Assembly: GCA_024275415.1 (NCBI GenBank)
Contig: JAJRZD010000033.1
Location: 30,001 to 62,000 of the forward strand
Reading direction: 5' to 3'
Source: an archaeon
Lineage (GTDB): Archaea > Asgardarchaeota > Thorarchaeia > Thorarchaeales > Thorarchaeaceae
Length of the DNA: 32,000 nucleotides
A program made the position numbers and the translations under genes. Of this stretch, positions 1-9,681 are shown in pieces. The first letter of the stretch is position 1; every line of letters begins with the position of its first letter. Below the pieces are notes generated by a model. That model had not been told where the DNA came from. It saw only the letters and a list, made by a program, of their open reading frames with translations, and ran no database searches.

Positions 1-718
1 AGTCCCCATAAGTGATGTGTTCCGCTTTCGGGTATATCTTGAGGGTAACCTTCGTCTTTATCCCCAGCGTGCCATGATCCCCGAGGAACACACCTGTGAG
101 GTCGTTGTACGTGGAGTATCTCCCGAAGAGTTGCGCTGATGTGTTCCATCCCGTACCTGTCCTTATGACATCACCATTCGCCAAGACGACCTCAAGTGAA
201 ACCGTGCCTTCGGTAGAGGGCCCGAATTTTGATGCCGCGTAGCCGATGCTGTTGATGCTGGTCGAGCCTCCTACAGTCCCAACATTCCCTCCGTACGGCC
301 CTCTGAAACCTATCTTGTAGCCTTTCTCGTCTAACCTGTGGATTAGCTCTGCCCATCTCAATCCTGCTTCCACAGTTACGGTCATCGCATCTTCATCAAG
401 TTCCACGACCTTGTCCATCTTCACCATATCGAGCATGACTGCACCCCTCTGCCTTGGCAAGCATGCCCCGCAGATGCCGTTTCGCCCCCCTGCTGCAATG
501 ATTGGGGTTTTTGAGTTGCCGCACAACTTGACGATTGCTTGGACTTCCTCGACTGTTTCTGGCATCACAACGATACCCGGACGCTCGGCCGTAAGATGGC
601 TTGCATCCATCCTGTACGAGGAGATTATGACCTTGTCATCACTGACTCGTTCTTTGCCTACAATCGCTACAATGTCGTCGTAGAGGGGATGCATCCCAGA
701 GAAGGGTATAATGGTCAT
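1..718 (-). CDS. FAD-binding oxidoreductase (GlcD/D-lactate dehydrogenase, FAD_binding_4 family), 3' end runs off the window
   Basis: Not in the ORF track. Manual minus-strand translation: MTIIPFSGMHPLYDDIVAIVGKERVSDD...PGIVVMPETVEEVQAIVK...IIAAGGRNG...VMLDMVKMDKVVELDEDAMTVTVEAG...GTVGG...SLEVVLANGDVIRTG...DLTGVFLGDHGTLGIKTKVTLKIYP, the typical PCMH-type FAD-binding domain. Start is either ATG 718 or ATG 694. Confidence 0.85.
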   Translation of the reverse strand, partial: MTIIPFSGMHPLYDDIVAIVGKERVSDDKVIISSYRMDASHLTAERPGIVVMPETVEEVQAIVKLCGNSKTPIIAAGGRNGICGACLPRQRGAVMLDMVKMDKVVELDEDAMTVTVEAGLRWAELIHRLDEKGYKIGFRGPYGGNVGTVGGSTSINSIGYAASKFGPSTEGTVSLEVVLANGDVIRTGTGWNTSAQLFGRYSTYNDLTGVFLGDHGTLGIKTKVTLKIYPKAEHITYGD

Positions 719-806
719 CTTCATCACACGACTGATTCTGGAACGTTCTCCCCTATAAGTAGGTAACTCTATATGTGGCATCCCTCGACTTTGCTTCCGA
801 GCGAAG

Positions 807-1289
807 GTGACACGAATCGGGGTTGTTCTTGGCAGAGGCGGCCATACGGCACAGACATTCTCACTCGTTGACCTACTCGGTCGGAAATTCGAGTATCTGT
901 ACTTTATCGGTCTTTTCGACAAGCTTACGCCCAAGAAGATCAGGATTCCCGGCAAGAAGCTGCTGATGATCACACCTCGTTTGCTGCCACAGGACTCAAA
1001 GGTCATGTCAGTCTTGCGTACTCTGTTCTCATTCATTCTTTCACTGACATATTTGCTCGTGTATAGACCTACTGTCATCGTTTCTTGTGGGACTGGGTTG
1101 ACTGTCCCAATATTCTTCGTTGCCCGGTTCTTGGGAATCCGTACGGTATTCATAGAGAGCATGTCACGTGTGGAAAGCCTGTCTCAGACTGGCAGGATCC
1201 TTTTGGGCAAGACCTCACTCTTCTTTGTCCAGTGGAAAGACCTCGCTGCACAGGTTCCTGGTGTGCTATACGGAGGACAGCTATTATGA
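807..1289 (+). CDS. alg14: Alg14-like UDP-GlcNAc transferase subunit (Alg14/PssD family)
   Basis: N-terminal VVLGRGGHTAQ, RPTVIVSCGTGLTVP and VFIESMSRVESLSQTG...FFVQW motifs. Its TGA overlaps the ATG of the Alg13-like gene (ATGA at 1286-1289). Confidence 0.85.
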   Translation: MTRIGVVLGRGGHTAQTFSLVDLLGRKFEYLYFIGLFDKLTPKKIRIPGKKLLMITPRLLPQDSKVMSVLRTLFSFILSLTYLLVYRPTVIVSCGTGLTVPIFFVARFLGIRTVFIESMSRVESLSQTGRILLGKTSLFFVQWKDLAAQVPGVLYGGQLL

Positions 1290-1738
1290 TCTTTTTGACA
1301 GTCGGGACAGCGTCCTACGACCCCCTCATCCAGAAGGTGGATCAACTTGTCGCAGAAGGCGAAATCACAGATACGGTGATAGCTCAGATTGGACGAGGAA
1401 CGTATATCCCCACGCACTTCAAGTATTTCAGATTCATGAGGAACCTGTCTAAGGCATACTCTCTTGCGGATGTGATAGTGAGTACTGGCGGAGCAGGAAC
1501 TACGATGGAGTGTGTGACTCAAGGTTTGCGTCTTGTGGTCGTTGAGAATACATCGTTGGCCGAGGGACACCAGGCTCAGCTCATCGGCGAGATGGCACGT
1601 CGTGGGCATCTCATCTGGTGTAAGGATCTCGATACTATCCATATTTCTATCACACAAGCGCTGCGTCAGGAGTTCAAGCCCTTCGTATCTGACCCCCCTA
1701 TCATTCACAAGCATATCCTGAAGCTGTTGTCAGAATAA
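1286..1738 (+). CDS. alg13: Alg13-like glycosyltransferase (GT28 C-terminal domain; Alg13/PssE family)
   Basis: MIFLTVGTASYDPL...VIAQIG...ADVIVSTGGAGTTMEC...VVVEN...HQAQL. True start taken as ATG 1286 (GGAGG upstream, ATGA overlap) rather than the ORF-track start at 1085. Confidence 0.85.
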   Translation: MIFLTVGTASYDPLIQKVDQLVAEGEITDTVIAQIGRGTYIPTHFKYFRFMRNLSKAYSLADVIVSTGGAGTTMECVTQGLRLVVVENTSLAEGHQAQLIGEMARRGHLIWCKDLDTIHISITQALRQEFKPFVSDPPIIHKHILKLLSE

Positions 1739-1969
1739 GAGCCATACACACTAACTGTTTGGCGCCAAATCTGACACATGCAGACCGCGATTCTGACGGC
1801 TCCGATTCAATTTGATACCCCCGTATGTATGCAGGTAATATCTGGATGGATATGCTGCTAATGTCTGGATTTGATGTGCTCTTTATATTGGGATTTTACC
1901 TAGTTTCCAATGGAAGTTAAGGTTAGTGATACTCGAAAACTAGCCTGAGAACCACCGAGGTGTACCCAC

Positions 1970-2695
1970 ATGAGCAAGAAAGTAAATCTCATCCGCACTC
2001 GCGGGTTAGGGTTATCGATACGGCTTTTCAGATATGAGAAGCTTGACATGACCGCAACCACCCTGACGAAGACTCTCAAGAAGCACACGTATGCTCCAAA
2101 GAACAAGAAAGATATCACGAGTGGCTTTGTGAAAGTCAAGACCTCTGGAACAAATGTCATCACAGAGTTCATGTCAGGTTTCAAGGTACCCGTATTCTCA
2201 TACAATGAATCAGGGGATAGGGTTGCTGCACATTATGTCAGTGTCGATAAAGCAACAGTGATCATCAAGACCGACAGTTCCACCATCGAGGTCAGAGGGT
2301 CGGAACGACTTGCCAGAAAGTTCGTAGGCCTGTTCGAGGAAGCGACCGGGGCAAAGGTCAATATCCTCAACCTCAATGGCGGGATCAAGCAGCTGTATGA
2401 GAGTGCTACGGACATCACAGCAGTCCTCCTGACAGATGTGGAGAAGGGGCCACTCCATCAGGTCGAGTTCCGCGGAGATGGCATTCAGACCGAACCTGAA
2501 GTCGGGATGTATGAGCGACGCTATAAGGGATCCATCACCCGATTCCGAGGAACCTTCTCGTATCCCTTTTCGAAAGCACTGTATCCCACCGTTATCAATG
2601 GGATGAAAGGCTCGTTGTTGATATACGGGTCTGGGGATGGCATTCCTGAAAAGGATGTAGAATGGATAGTCGGAATGATGGAAAGTGCTGCATAG
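1970..2695 (+). CDS. hypothetical protein (241 aa, alpha/beta)
   Basis: Long ORF with GAGGTG ribosome-binding site 7 nt upstream of the ATG. No family recognised. Confidence 0.7.
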   Translation: MSKKVNLIRTRGLGLSIRLFRYEKLDMTATTLTKTLKKHTYAPKNKKDITSGFVKVKTSGTNVITEFMSGFKVPVFSYNESGDRVAAHYVSVDKATVIIKTDSSTIEVRGSERLARKFVGLFEEATGAKVNILNLNGGIKQLYESATDITAVLLTDVEKGPLHQVEFRGDGIQTEPEVGMYERRYKGSITRFRGTFSYPFSKALYPTVINGMKGSLLIYGSGDGIPEKDVEWIVGMMESAA

Positions 2696-2710
2696 CCATC
2701 AATAACCTCT

Positions 2711-2745
2711 GGATGGGCCCTCGGTGGCCCTCCATTCTTTCTTTT
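2711..2745 (+). terminator. putative hairpin + T-rich tract between convergent genes
   Basis: GGATGGGCC (2711-2719) / GGCCCTCC (2726-2733) imperfect stem followed by TTCTTTCTTTT, lying between stops at 2695 (+) and 2754 (-). Confidence 0.35.
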
Positions 2746-2753
2746 GTCACACT

Positions 2754-3059
2754 CTACTCTGAGCCCAGCCACTCAGTGGCATCCCGTTTCTTGCCGATGA
2801 CAGTCTTTGTGTTGTCGATATACCACCTTGTCTTGTCCCTGAATCGCGGCCAGAAATCGAAGAACAGCTGAGGGTTTTCAGTTTCAAGGAGCAGGTACCC
2901 GTTCCATTCGGTTCCCCATGCATAACGATAGTCACCTATGATCTTCAGATCCTCCGGCCAATCCTTGGCAGAGAACTCGGTCCAGAACACTTTGGCTTTC
3001 CCTGCTTCTTCAGGGGTCATCTTCATGAACCTGTAGAACACTACGAACGAATAAATCAA
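2754..3059 (-). CDS. small ferredoxin-like-fold protein (GYD/DUF3303-like)
   Basis: 101 aa with pattern FVVFYRF...WPEDLKIIGDYRYAWG...GYLLLETENPQLFFDF, resembling dimeric alpha-beta barrel GYD/DUF3303 proteins. Confidence 0.45.
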   Translation of the reverse strand: MIYSFVVFYRFMKMTPEEAGKAKVFWTEFSAKDWPEDLKIIGDYRYAWGTEWNGYLLLETENPQLFFDFWPRFRDKTRWYIDNTKTVIGKKRDATEWLGSE

Positions 3060-3132
3060 TAATACTGTCCTCCCTTCCCTATGAGATTACGGTGCATTAA
3101 AAAGATTGACCCCTGCTTCTTGTGAGGATAGA

Positions 3133-3864
3133 ATGAATGCTCACGAGCCCGAGATTGTGCGCAGGGAGTTCCGGCACGGCAAGGTCGCCTATAGATTCCA
3201 CTGGAACAAGAGCAATCACGAGAATATAGGGAACACGAGTGGAGATGCTGCAAGTCTTTGGGCACACCTGAACTCAATCGTGCAGGGCAAGATATCCGAA
3301 GAGCCCTTCACCAATCCTTTCTACCAGAAGGCATCGTCGTTGCGTTTCAAGAAGATGTCAAAAGTGGCAAAGGTCAGTTTTCGAAAGAAGCTTGAGCGAA
3401 GCGGTCTGCTACGAACAGATGAGGAGAGCGACCTTATACAGTTACTCCGCGCTCTCCGGCGTGCTCGGAGTGATGGGGCTCGTCGAGCAGACCACGGCAT
3501 CCTTGTTGAGTTCCTTTTCAAGGATCCCAAGTCGATAGCCATCGAGGTGCCAGTCTGGTCTAACGCATACAATCTTTCTGGACACATCGACCTAGTACGA
3601 ATAGTTGACGACACGGTGCATGTCTGTGACTACAAGCCAGGCCCCCTCGAATCAACTAGCAGACGGTTCTTTGACTCTATCCCACAGGTTTCTGCCTACG
3701 GTGAGATGCTGTCGCACCATCTTGCTTCCACGCTTCGTAGTGCCTTGGATGCGCCACTTCTTCCCAAGGTGCAATGCTGTATATTTGACTCTCATTCCTC
3801 TTGGTACTTCGGTGCCGAGATGTACGTTACACTCTTATCGACTGGGATGCTGAAAGAAATCTAG
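3133..3864 (+). CDS. PD-(D/E)XK nuclease superfamily protein (RecB-like nuclease motif)
   Basis: EVPVW...LSGHIDLV...VCDYK...QVSAYG matches RecB-type motifs II, III and QxxxY. No Cas4-type cysteine cage. Start is ATG 3133 or TTG 3106. Confidence 0.8.
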   Translation: MNAHEPEIVRREFRHGKVAYRFHWNKSNHENIGNTSGDAASLWAHLNSIVQGKISEEPFTNPFYQKASSLRFKKMSKVAKVSFRKKLERSGLLRTDEESDLIQLLRALRRARSDGARRADHGILVEFLFKDPKSIAIEVPVWSNAYNLSGHIDLVRIVDDTVHVCDYKPGPLESTSRRFFDSIPQVSAYGEMLSHHLASTLRSALDAPLLPKVQCCIFDSHSSWYFGAEMYVTLLSTGMLKEI

Positions 3865-4697
3865 GATCTGCCATTCACAAGCACCCTCATCCTGACCTGT
3901 TCCTCGATGAGTGGTCCATTGCCTCCTGTCCTACTCATCATGACCTGTATCGTGGGTCTCTCGGAAACCAAACCTTCTCTGATTCGTGAAAAGTAGTTCT
4001 CGCTGAGAGTCCCGAACCTGTTCAGTGCAGGATCAACAGGAATCCAGCCCTTGTCTTCAAGATACACCTCCGCCCATGCATGAGGCTCGGGTTCTGGACC
4101 ATCTCTCAAGAAGTGTCCGACGACACGGCGTGAGGGAATCTTGACCGCCCTGCATAGTGCGATGAACAGGTCTGCATGCTCGTCACAGTCGCCTTCCTTC
4201 CCACTGGCTGCCGTTGCAGCTCCCAGCCGCACATCCAGATGTGTCTTCAGCTTGACACGCTCTCGAACGACACGGAGGGCTAGTCTTGCATACGACTCGT
4301 CGTTCGAGCTGTTCTCAGCAATCCGCTCGGTCAGCTCCTGCACGATGGGATTGTCGATCTCCCAATATCTCTCAAGCTTGCAATATGTGCCCCTGAGCAT
4401 GTTCAATTCGTTCTTTGGGACAGGTGCAGGCTGAAGCAACCAATCCCTCGAAATGGTATCTATTCGCATTATCACTGTAGGTGAGAAGCTCTCTCCTGGA
4501 TTGAGTTCTGGGATCTTGACCATTGCGACCATGTTGCTTTCTGCCTTTTCCAGTACACGGGCTGGAGGGAATACATCCAGTGTTTCAAGGAATTGGTTGT
4601 CCATGTCGGTGAGCAGATGCCACAGCATCCTTCCATCCTTCATCTTCACATCCCCGCGATTCTGGACATTCGCTTGCATCTCTACCAGTAGTCTCAC
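3861..4697 (-). CDS. transglutaminase-like (Cys-His-Asp triad) domain protein
   Basis: GDCDEHADLFIALCRAVKIPSRRVVG, HAWAEVY and WIPVDP motifs give the catalytic triad. Confidence 0.9.
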   Translation of the reverse strand: MRLLVEMQANVQNRGDVKMKDGRMLWHLLTDMDNQFLETLDVFPPARVLEKAESNMVAMVKIPELNPGESFSPTVIMRIDTISRDWLLQPAPVPKNELNMLRGTYCKLERYWEIDNPIVQELTERIAENSSNDESYARLALRVVRERVKLKTHLDVRLGAATAASGKEGDCDEHADLFIALCRAVKIPSRRVVGHFLRDGPEPEPHAWAEVYLEDKGWIPVDPALNRFGTLSENYFSRIREGLVSERPTIQVMMSRTGGNGPLIEEQVRMRVLVNGRS

Positions 4698-4797
4698 TTC
4701 TCAGTCTCCATATGCTAAGACTCAGCCCGAAGCTGGTCTGAATAGATTTATGTGTTATTCTGTGATGATTCTTAGCCATGGATAGTGTGGTGCTCGC

Positions 4798-6243
4798 ATG
4801 ACTGGGGATGATGAACAATACTCAAAGGACGATCAGGAGAAGGTCGTTGATCAATTGCTCTCCGATCTTGGTGTCGATGATGCGATGAGGAAGGAACTCG
4901 TTGAATCGGGCCGGGCTTCTAGTGACCTATTGAAAGTTGCCTCATCTGAGCAGGTTCGCAGACGAATGGAGATTGAGAAGAGCACTGAGCGATTACGTGA
5001 TAGTCTGAACCTTCTTGAACGGAACGTCACACAGATAGAGAACTCTATTGACCGGATTGAACGTGACCTCATCCCAGTCATCCTGTCATTCTTAGTTTCA
5101 CTAAAAGGCAGTCTTGTGAACATCCGCAACACAGTAATCGATGAGAGTAAGCGGCAGGCGAAGACACACCTACAGGCTACTTATGCTGATACGACAGTAC
5201 GGAAGCTCGTGGAAGAGAAATTCGCCCCTATCGAAGAGAGCCTGAGTTCTGAGATGTCTGCTCCCATCATGGACAAGGTACGTGAAATCGTTGACGGGTT
5301 CAAGGCATTCCTGAATGTGACTATGGACGAGATGACGAATCTGAAGCTGATATTCGAAGACTATACCCAGAGAACCGGTACTGAGATTGAGTTCCTCACA
5401 AAAGAAGTGAGCATGAAACCCAAGGTGGAGGTTCCAAAGGAGGTTCAACAGGAGATTGAAGAACTCAAACGAACGATCGAGCAGCTTCAACACGAGCTAG
5501 ACCTGACGATGCAGAAGGTTGAGAACAGGGACGCAGAAATAATCGCGTTACAAACCAACTTGGCCGCTACTAAGCTCCGCAACGAGAGCCTTGAAGAATC
5601 ATTGGAAGAATTGAGGCTGTCTCCTACTGTCGATTCCGGTGCGCTGGTTGAGTTGCGCCAGAAGATTACCGTGATGGAAGCCGAAGAGGACTTGCTTCGA
5701 AAGCAACTGGAAGAAGCAAAAGAGGTGTCGAACCAGAAAGATGAGGTCATCGCAGAACTCAAGGCACGGCTCACAATGAAAGAACTTGCGATACAGGACT
5801 TCAAGCAAAAGATTACAGCTCTCGAAGCAGAACTGGACAACGTCAGTTCGAAACTTGGTGAGATAGACGAACTCAGAGCTCAGATAAGGACACTTGAGTC
5901 TGGCGAGCCCATGCGAGAGCTTGAGCGGATGAAAGCGGAGGTCGCCCGTTTATCCGCAGCAAATCAACGTTTGACGAATGACCATAATGAGATGAAGAAA
6001 CAGAAGGAATATGCCGAAGCTCGGATACAGGGGTATCTGGGCCTGATGAACTCAGCAGAGAAGACGAAGGCATTCCTGATCCTTGAGGATAACGGGGAGA
6101 TCACACTCCGAGAGCTGGCAAGATCCCTTGGGGTTTCTCCCGCAATCATATCACAATGGAGTGACGATTTCGAGAGGCTTGGACTGGCGAAAAAGGTTGA
6201 TGACCGATTGGTTCTTGCAATCGGCTCAAAAGAGGCAGATTGA
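4798..6243 (+). CDS. long coiled-coil protein with C-terminal winged helix-turn-helix
   Basis: E/K/L-rich heptads over most of 481 aa. C-terminus KAFLILEDNGEITLRELARSLGVSPAIISQWSDDFERLGLAKKVDDRLVL is a wHTH pattern. Confidence 0.7.
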   Translation: MTGDDEQYSKDDQEKVVDQLLSDLGVDDAMRKELVESGRASSDLLKVASSEQVRRRMEIEKSTERLRDSLNLLERNVTQIENSIDRIERDLIPVILSFLVSLKGSLVNIRNTVIDESKRQAKTHLQATYADTTVRKLVEEKFAPIEESLSSEMSAPIMDKVREIVDGFKAFLNVTMDEMTNLKLIFEDYTQRTGTEIEFLTKEVSMKPKVEVPKEVQQEIEELKRTIEQLQHELDLTMQKVENRDAEIIALQTNLAATKLRNESLEESLEELRLSPTVDSGALVELRQKITVMEAEEDLLRKQLEEAKEVSNQKDEVIAELKARLTMKELAIQDFKQKITALEAELDNVSSKLGEIDELRAQIRTLESGEPMRELERMKAEVARLSAANQRLTNDHNEMKKQKEYAEARIQGYLGLMNSAEKTKAFLILEDNGEITLRELARSLGVSPAIISQWSDDFERLGLAKKVDDRLVLAIGSKEAD

Positions 6244-6249
6244 TCTGTA

Positions 6250-6705
6250 TCAGAGTGATGACATACGATCGAAGAACTCGCCGAGGTCAATCAATCCGTT
6301 AAGGGTCATCATTTTCTCGAAAAGGGATTCCATCTGTTTGTCGTCTGAGATGGCATTTGTAAGAAACCCATTGACTGCTGGCTTCAGTATCTCCTTGAGG
6401 TAAGACTCTCTGAGCAAGTTCAGGGCAGTCAGGATATCGGCAGACATGGCACCCTTTCGGAGTACAGAAACCGCCTCGCTTATTTTCTCGTTGCACGGAT
6501 GTTCCGGGTTGACGACATCGCGGGTTGTGTCTAAGGCTTCCTTGACAATGCTTCTGTAGAGTGTCTGTGCTTCTTCTCTGTTTGTATATGCCAGAATTTT
6601 GGTTTCAGAACATTTCGTGAGATAGGGGGATGAGATTCTTGATGCTGACTCGAGGAGCTTGCGGATTCTGATTATCTTCTCTTTATCAGTCATTGACTCA
6701 ACCAC
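6250..6705 (-). CDS. hypothetical alpha-helical protein (151 aa)
   Basis: ORF convergent with the coiled-coil gene and fills the gap. No family recognised. Confidence 0.65.
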   Translation of the reverse strand: MVESMTDKEKIIRIRKLLESASRISSPYLTKCSETKILAYTNREEAQTLYRSIVKEALDTTRDVVNPEHPCNEKISEAVSVLRKGAMSADILTALNLLRESYLKEILKPAVNGFLTNAISDDKQMESLFEKMMTLNGLIDLGEFFDRMSSL

Positions 6706-6799
6706 TCATAATTTACTCATCTATGCATTTAACACTGTCTAACGCATATCACCTGACATGGGAACCAAAAGAAGGATAAGTGTGTCCAAGAGGAATCGG

Positions 6800-7852
6800 A
6801 TGACGATGAAAGAGGCGTTGTTATACTCCAAGGTCAAGGACGCCGTGCGTTGTGATCTCTGTGCTCGTCGATGTGTCATAGATGAGGGAGAGGCTGGGTT
6901 CTGCAACGTGCGAGTGGTCAAGAACGGAAAGCTGTACAGCAAGGTCTATGGTCTGGTCGATGGCATGGCTCCAGACCCGGTTGAAAAGAAGCCACTCTTT
7001 CATTTTGCTCCTGGCTCGAACACGTTCTCGATTAGCACGTCTTCCTGCAACTTCAGATGCGACTTCTGTCTGAATTATCACTCTTCTCAGCGAGTGGAGC
7101 CTGTGGGAAAGGAGTTCTCACCTTCTGAGCTGATACAACTAGCGAAGAAATACGACTGCCAAGGAATGTCCTACACCTACACCGAACCCACCATCTTCAT
7201 GGAACTATGCTATGACACTGCCAAGATTGCACACAATGAAGGTATGTACAATACATTCGTGACCAACGGATATATGACCGGTGAGGCTGTTGATCTCATC
7301 GCACCGTACTTGGATGCTGCATCTGTGAATTTCAAAGGGAGCGCCAACAAGGAGTTCTACAAGAATCTCATGGATGTCCCTAAGACCGAGCCAATTTTCA
7401 ACAGCATGGAGCGGATGAAGGAGAAAGGCATTTTCATCGAGATAACCAATCTTATCATCCCTAAAGTCGGGGACTTCCCCGGTGACACGGAGAGGCTTGC
7501 GAGTTGGGTTCTTGAGCACCTCGGTCCCAAGACGCCATTCCATTTTTCATCCTTCGCTCCGACGTACAAGATGACACACCTGCCTAGGACTCCTGCATCG
7601 GTGATAGAGAAGCACATCAATATCGCACGAGAAGTTGGACTGAAATATGTCTACTCGGGCAACATTCCGGGGCACGATTATGAGAATACATATTGCCCCA
7701 AGTGCGGGTTCAAGGCGGTAGAACGATACTCGGTGTACCTCAAAAGGAACAACCTCGCCGACGATGGGACTTGTCCCAAATGCGGGACTGGCCTGGGGAT
7801 GGCAGGAGTCAAATGGATGCGAACGGGATCCGGAAGGTCACGATTCTTCTGA
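6800..7852 (+). CDS. amrS: AmmeMemoRadiSam system radical SAM enzyme
   Basis: N-terminal CDLCARRC...G.C.VR, DPVEKKPLFHF, CNFRCDFC (CxxxCxxC), SYTYTEPT, FVTNGY and C-terminal YSGNIPG...TYCPKCG. Start likely ATG 6800 or 6806 rather than 6758. Confidence 0.92.
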   Translation: MTMKEALLYSKVKDAVRCDLCARRCVIDEGEAGFCNVRVVKNGKLYSKVYGLVDGMAPDPVEKKPLFHFAPGSNTFSISTSSCNFRCDFCLNYHSSQRVEPVGKEFSPSELIQLAKKYDCQGMSYTYTEPTIFMELCYDTAKIAHNEGMYNTFVTNGYMTGEAVDLIAPYLDAASVNFKGSANKEFYKNLMDVPKTEPIFNSMERMKEKGIFIEITNLIIPKVGDFPGDTERLASWVLEHLGPKTPFHFSSFAPTYKMTHLPRTPASVIEKHINIAREVGLKYVYSGNIPGHDYENTYCPKCGFKAVERYSVYLKRNNLADDGTCPKCGTGLGMAGVKWMRTGSGRSRFF

Positions 7853-7861
7853 GGTTCGCCT

Positions 7862-8743
7862 ATGCACGTTGTCGATGTCACTTGGAAGCCAACGGGAGAT
7901 GGATTCCTGCATGGATTGACCTACTGGGATGGGACTGCTCTTGCATTCCTCCCTCTGCGTCCTGGTGATGAGATTGCATGGACGATCAAAGAGCCTCGAT
8001 GCTGCATCGGTAGGCGCGATGAGAACAAAGAATGGGTGCGCTGCCCATCATCGAACATTGTGCTGAAGAAGGCAAAGTGCTCTGAATGTCAGGAAGCTGA
8101 CGGATTCGACTCCTGTATAAGGTGTACCGGTTTCACCTGCAATGCAAGTCGTTCACGCTTTGCGAGATGCGAGTCATCCAAGTATGTGGTTTACCTTGCC
8201 TTCTTTGCTGACGGGAGCCTGAAGGTAGGGGTTTCATCTGAAGGCAGAGAACTAACACGCTGGGTCGAGCAGGGAGCTGACTTTGCCGCGGTGGTCGCGC
8301 GAGTGATAGGAGGACATATTGCCCGTAGATTAGAACATGATTTAGGTAAGGTGCACGGCATCAAGATGGCAATCCCACTCAGCAGAAAGGTCAACAGCCT
8401 GTTGAATAACCCTTCTTACTCTGATGCTGAAACCGCATTCTACGAGTTCCTAGAACGGGCTAATTGTGAACTTTGTCTGAAATCAATCGAGGTTATTGAC
8501 CTTCGCAAGTACTATCACCTACAGGATTTAGATGCAGAGCCTTCACAGTGGCCCGATAACCGAGTTCCTCTGAGCGGACAGCAGATTATCGGGACGGTGC
8601 TTGGCATGAAAGGAAACATCCTAGTAACCTATATTGGGCACGCTTTCCTATCTATTCTACTCAAAAAACTGATAGGGTATGCCTTGGACGACAAGGTGGG
8701 CAGACCGATACATTCACAAACAGGGCTGTTGGATTTTATCTGA
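7862..8743 (+). CDS. DUF2797 domain-containing protein (Cys-rich)
   Basis: CCIG...CP...CSECQ...CIRC...C followed by YVVYLAF...LKVGVS...TRWVEQGA..A and terminal G.VLGMKGNIL motifs. Confidence 0.8.
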   Translation: MHVVDVTWKPTGDGFLHGLTYWDGTALAFLPLRPGDEIAWTIKEPRCCIGRRDENKEWVRCPSSNIVLKKAKCSECQEADGFDSCIRCTGFTCNASRSRFARCESSKYVVYLAFFADGSLKVGVSSEGRELTRWVEQGADFAAVVARVIGGHIARRLEHDLGKVHGIKMAIPLSRKVNSLLNNPSYSDAETAFYEFLERANCELCLKSIEVIDLRKYYHLQDLDAEPSQWPDNRVPLSGQQIIGTVLGMKGNILVTYIGHAFLSILLKKLIGYALDDKVGRPIHSQTGLLDFI

Positions 8744-8776
8744 CAGGTCTTGGAGCAATAGGGTGCCTGTGAGATA

Positions 8777-9619
8777 ATGAACGCTGGGGACGAAGATGCA
8801 CTAGTCCGGTATATCTCTCTTGTCAGGAGAGAAGGGGGAGAGCCCATGCTAGGTATTCCCTATCGCGAGATGAGTGTGGATCCAGACCTCGTTGCAAGCT
8901 TTGTCCTTGCCATCATCCTCTTCGAGAACAGACAGCTTCGAACCTTTGTAAAAGAGGGCTACATGGTCATCATCGAGGAAGGAGCATATACTGTCGGGTT
9001 ATTGATTGTTGACAAGGTGGAGGACGACGAGCCATTCAGGAAGAATCTCAAGAGAATAGTCGACGAGTTCGAGGAGCGGTTCATGTCCACTCTTGAGAAC
9101 TGGAAAGGTGACATCCGCCCGTTCCGTGAGTTCGCGCTCCGAATTCTGGAATATTATCCGTATTCTACAGTCGACCTCAGAATGGTTCCTGTGTTGAACT
9201 CACAATCGGGTGCAAGCCCTGTTCAAAGACAACCTATCCCCTGGAGCGTAGGTGAAACCAATGTAAAGATTCAGAAGGTTCTCGGGTATATGAACGGCCG
9301 GCGTAGTATCGAAGAAATCATGACCGCAACAAAATTCTCAGAATCCGAGATTCAAGCGATATTATCTATGCTGACTCGATATGATTGGGTACGATTCACA
9401 AGGAAACTCGAGGCTGTGTCAAGGCTAACAAGGATATGTGACCCGCCAAAGTATTTAGTAGGTGTATACGGTGATGAGTTCGTACGACTTGTAGACTTGT
9501 TCGATGGCAATCGGACATTCGAAGAGATATGCTCGTCCGTATCCATCAATACGGAGGTTGTAACAACACTCACGAAGCGACTGATCGAGATTGGGGTGCT
9601 CAAGTATCATGACGAATAG
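8777..9619 (+). CDS. longin-like + tandem winged-helix protein (NPRL2/NPRL3-like), paralog A
   Basis: N-terminal longin-type pattern (SLVRREGG...DPDLVASFVLAI...YMVIIEEG..TVGLLIVD...LKRIVDEFEERF...WKGDIRPF), then MVPV...W...QKVLGYMNGRRSIEEI...LTRYDWV and a second LFDGNRTFEEI...LIEIGVL wH unit. Confidence 0.65.
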   Translation: MNAGDEDALVRYISLVRREGGEPMLGIPYREMSVDPDLVASFVLAIILFENRQLRTFVKEGYMVIIEEGAYTVGLLIVDKVEDDEPFRKNLKRIVDEFEERFMSTLENWKGDIRPFREFALRILEYYPYSTVDLRMVPVLNSQSGASPVQRQPIPWSVGETNVKIQKVLGYMNGRRSIEEIMTATKFSESEIQAILSMLTRYDWVRFTRKLEAVSRLTRICDPPKYLVGVYGDEFVRLVDLFDGNRTFEEICSSVSINTEVVTTLTKRLIEIGVLKYHDE

Positions 9620-9681
9620 TCACAAATCTTATATCAATCCACCTTCGGATGACACCTTGGATGTGATCTGGAGCGGTCGTC

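Noticed and set aside
1758-1769. Perfect palindrome TTTGGCGCCAAA, identical to an E2F-type binding site, in an intergenic gap
   Set aside because: About 8 perfect 12-bp palindromes are expected by chance in 32 kb (32000/4^6). I saw only one copy and no E2F-like gene, so the match is post hoc.
3133-3864. Possible Cas4
   Set aside because: Lacks the one-plus-three cysteine Fe-S cage and any CRISPR context; kept as a generic RecB-like nuclease.
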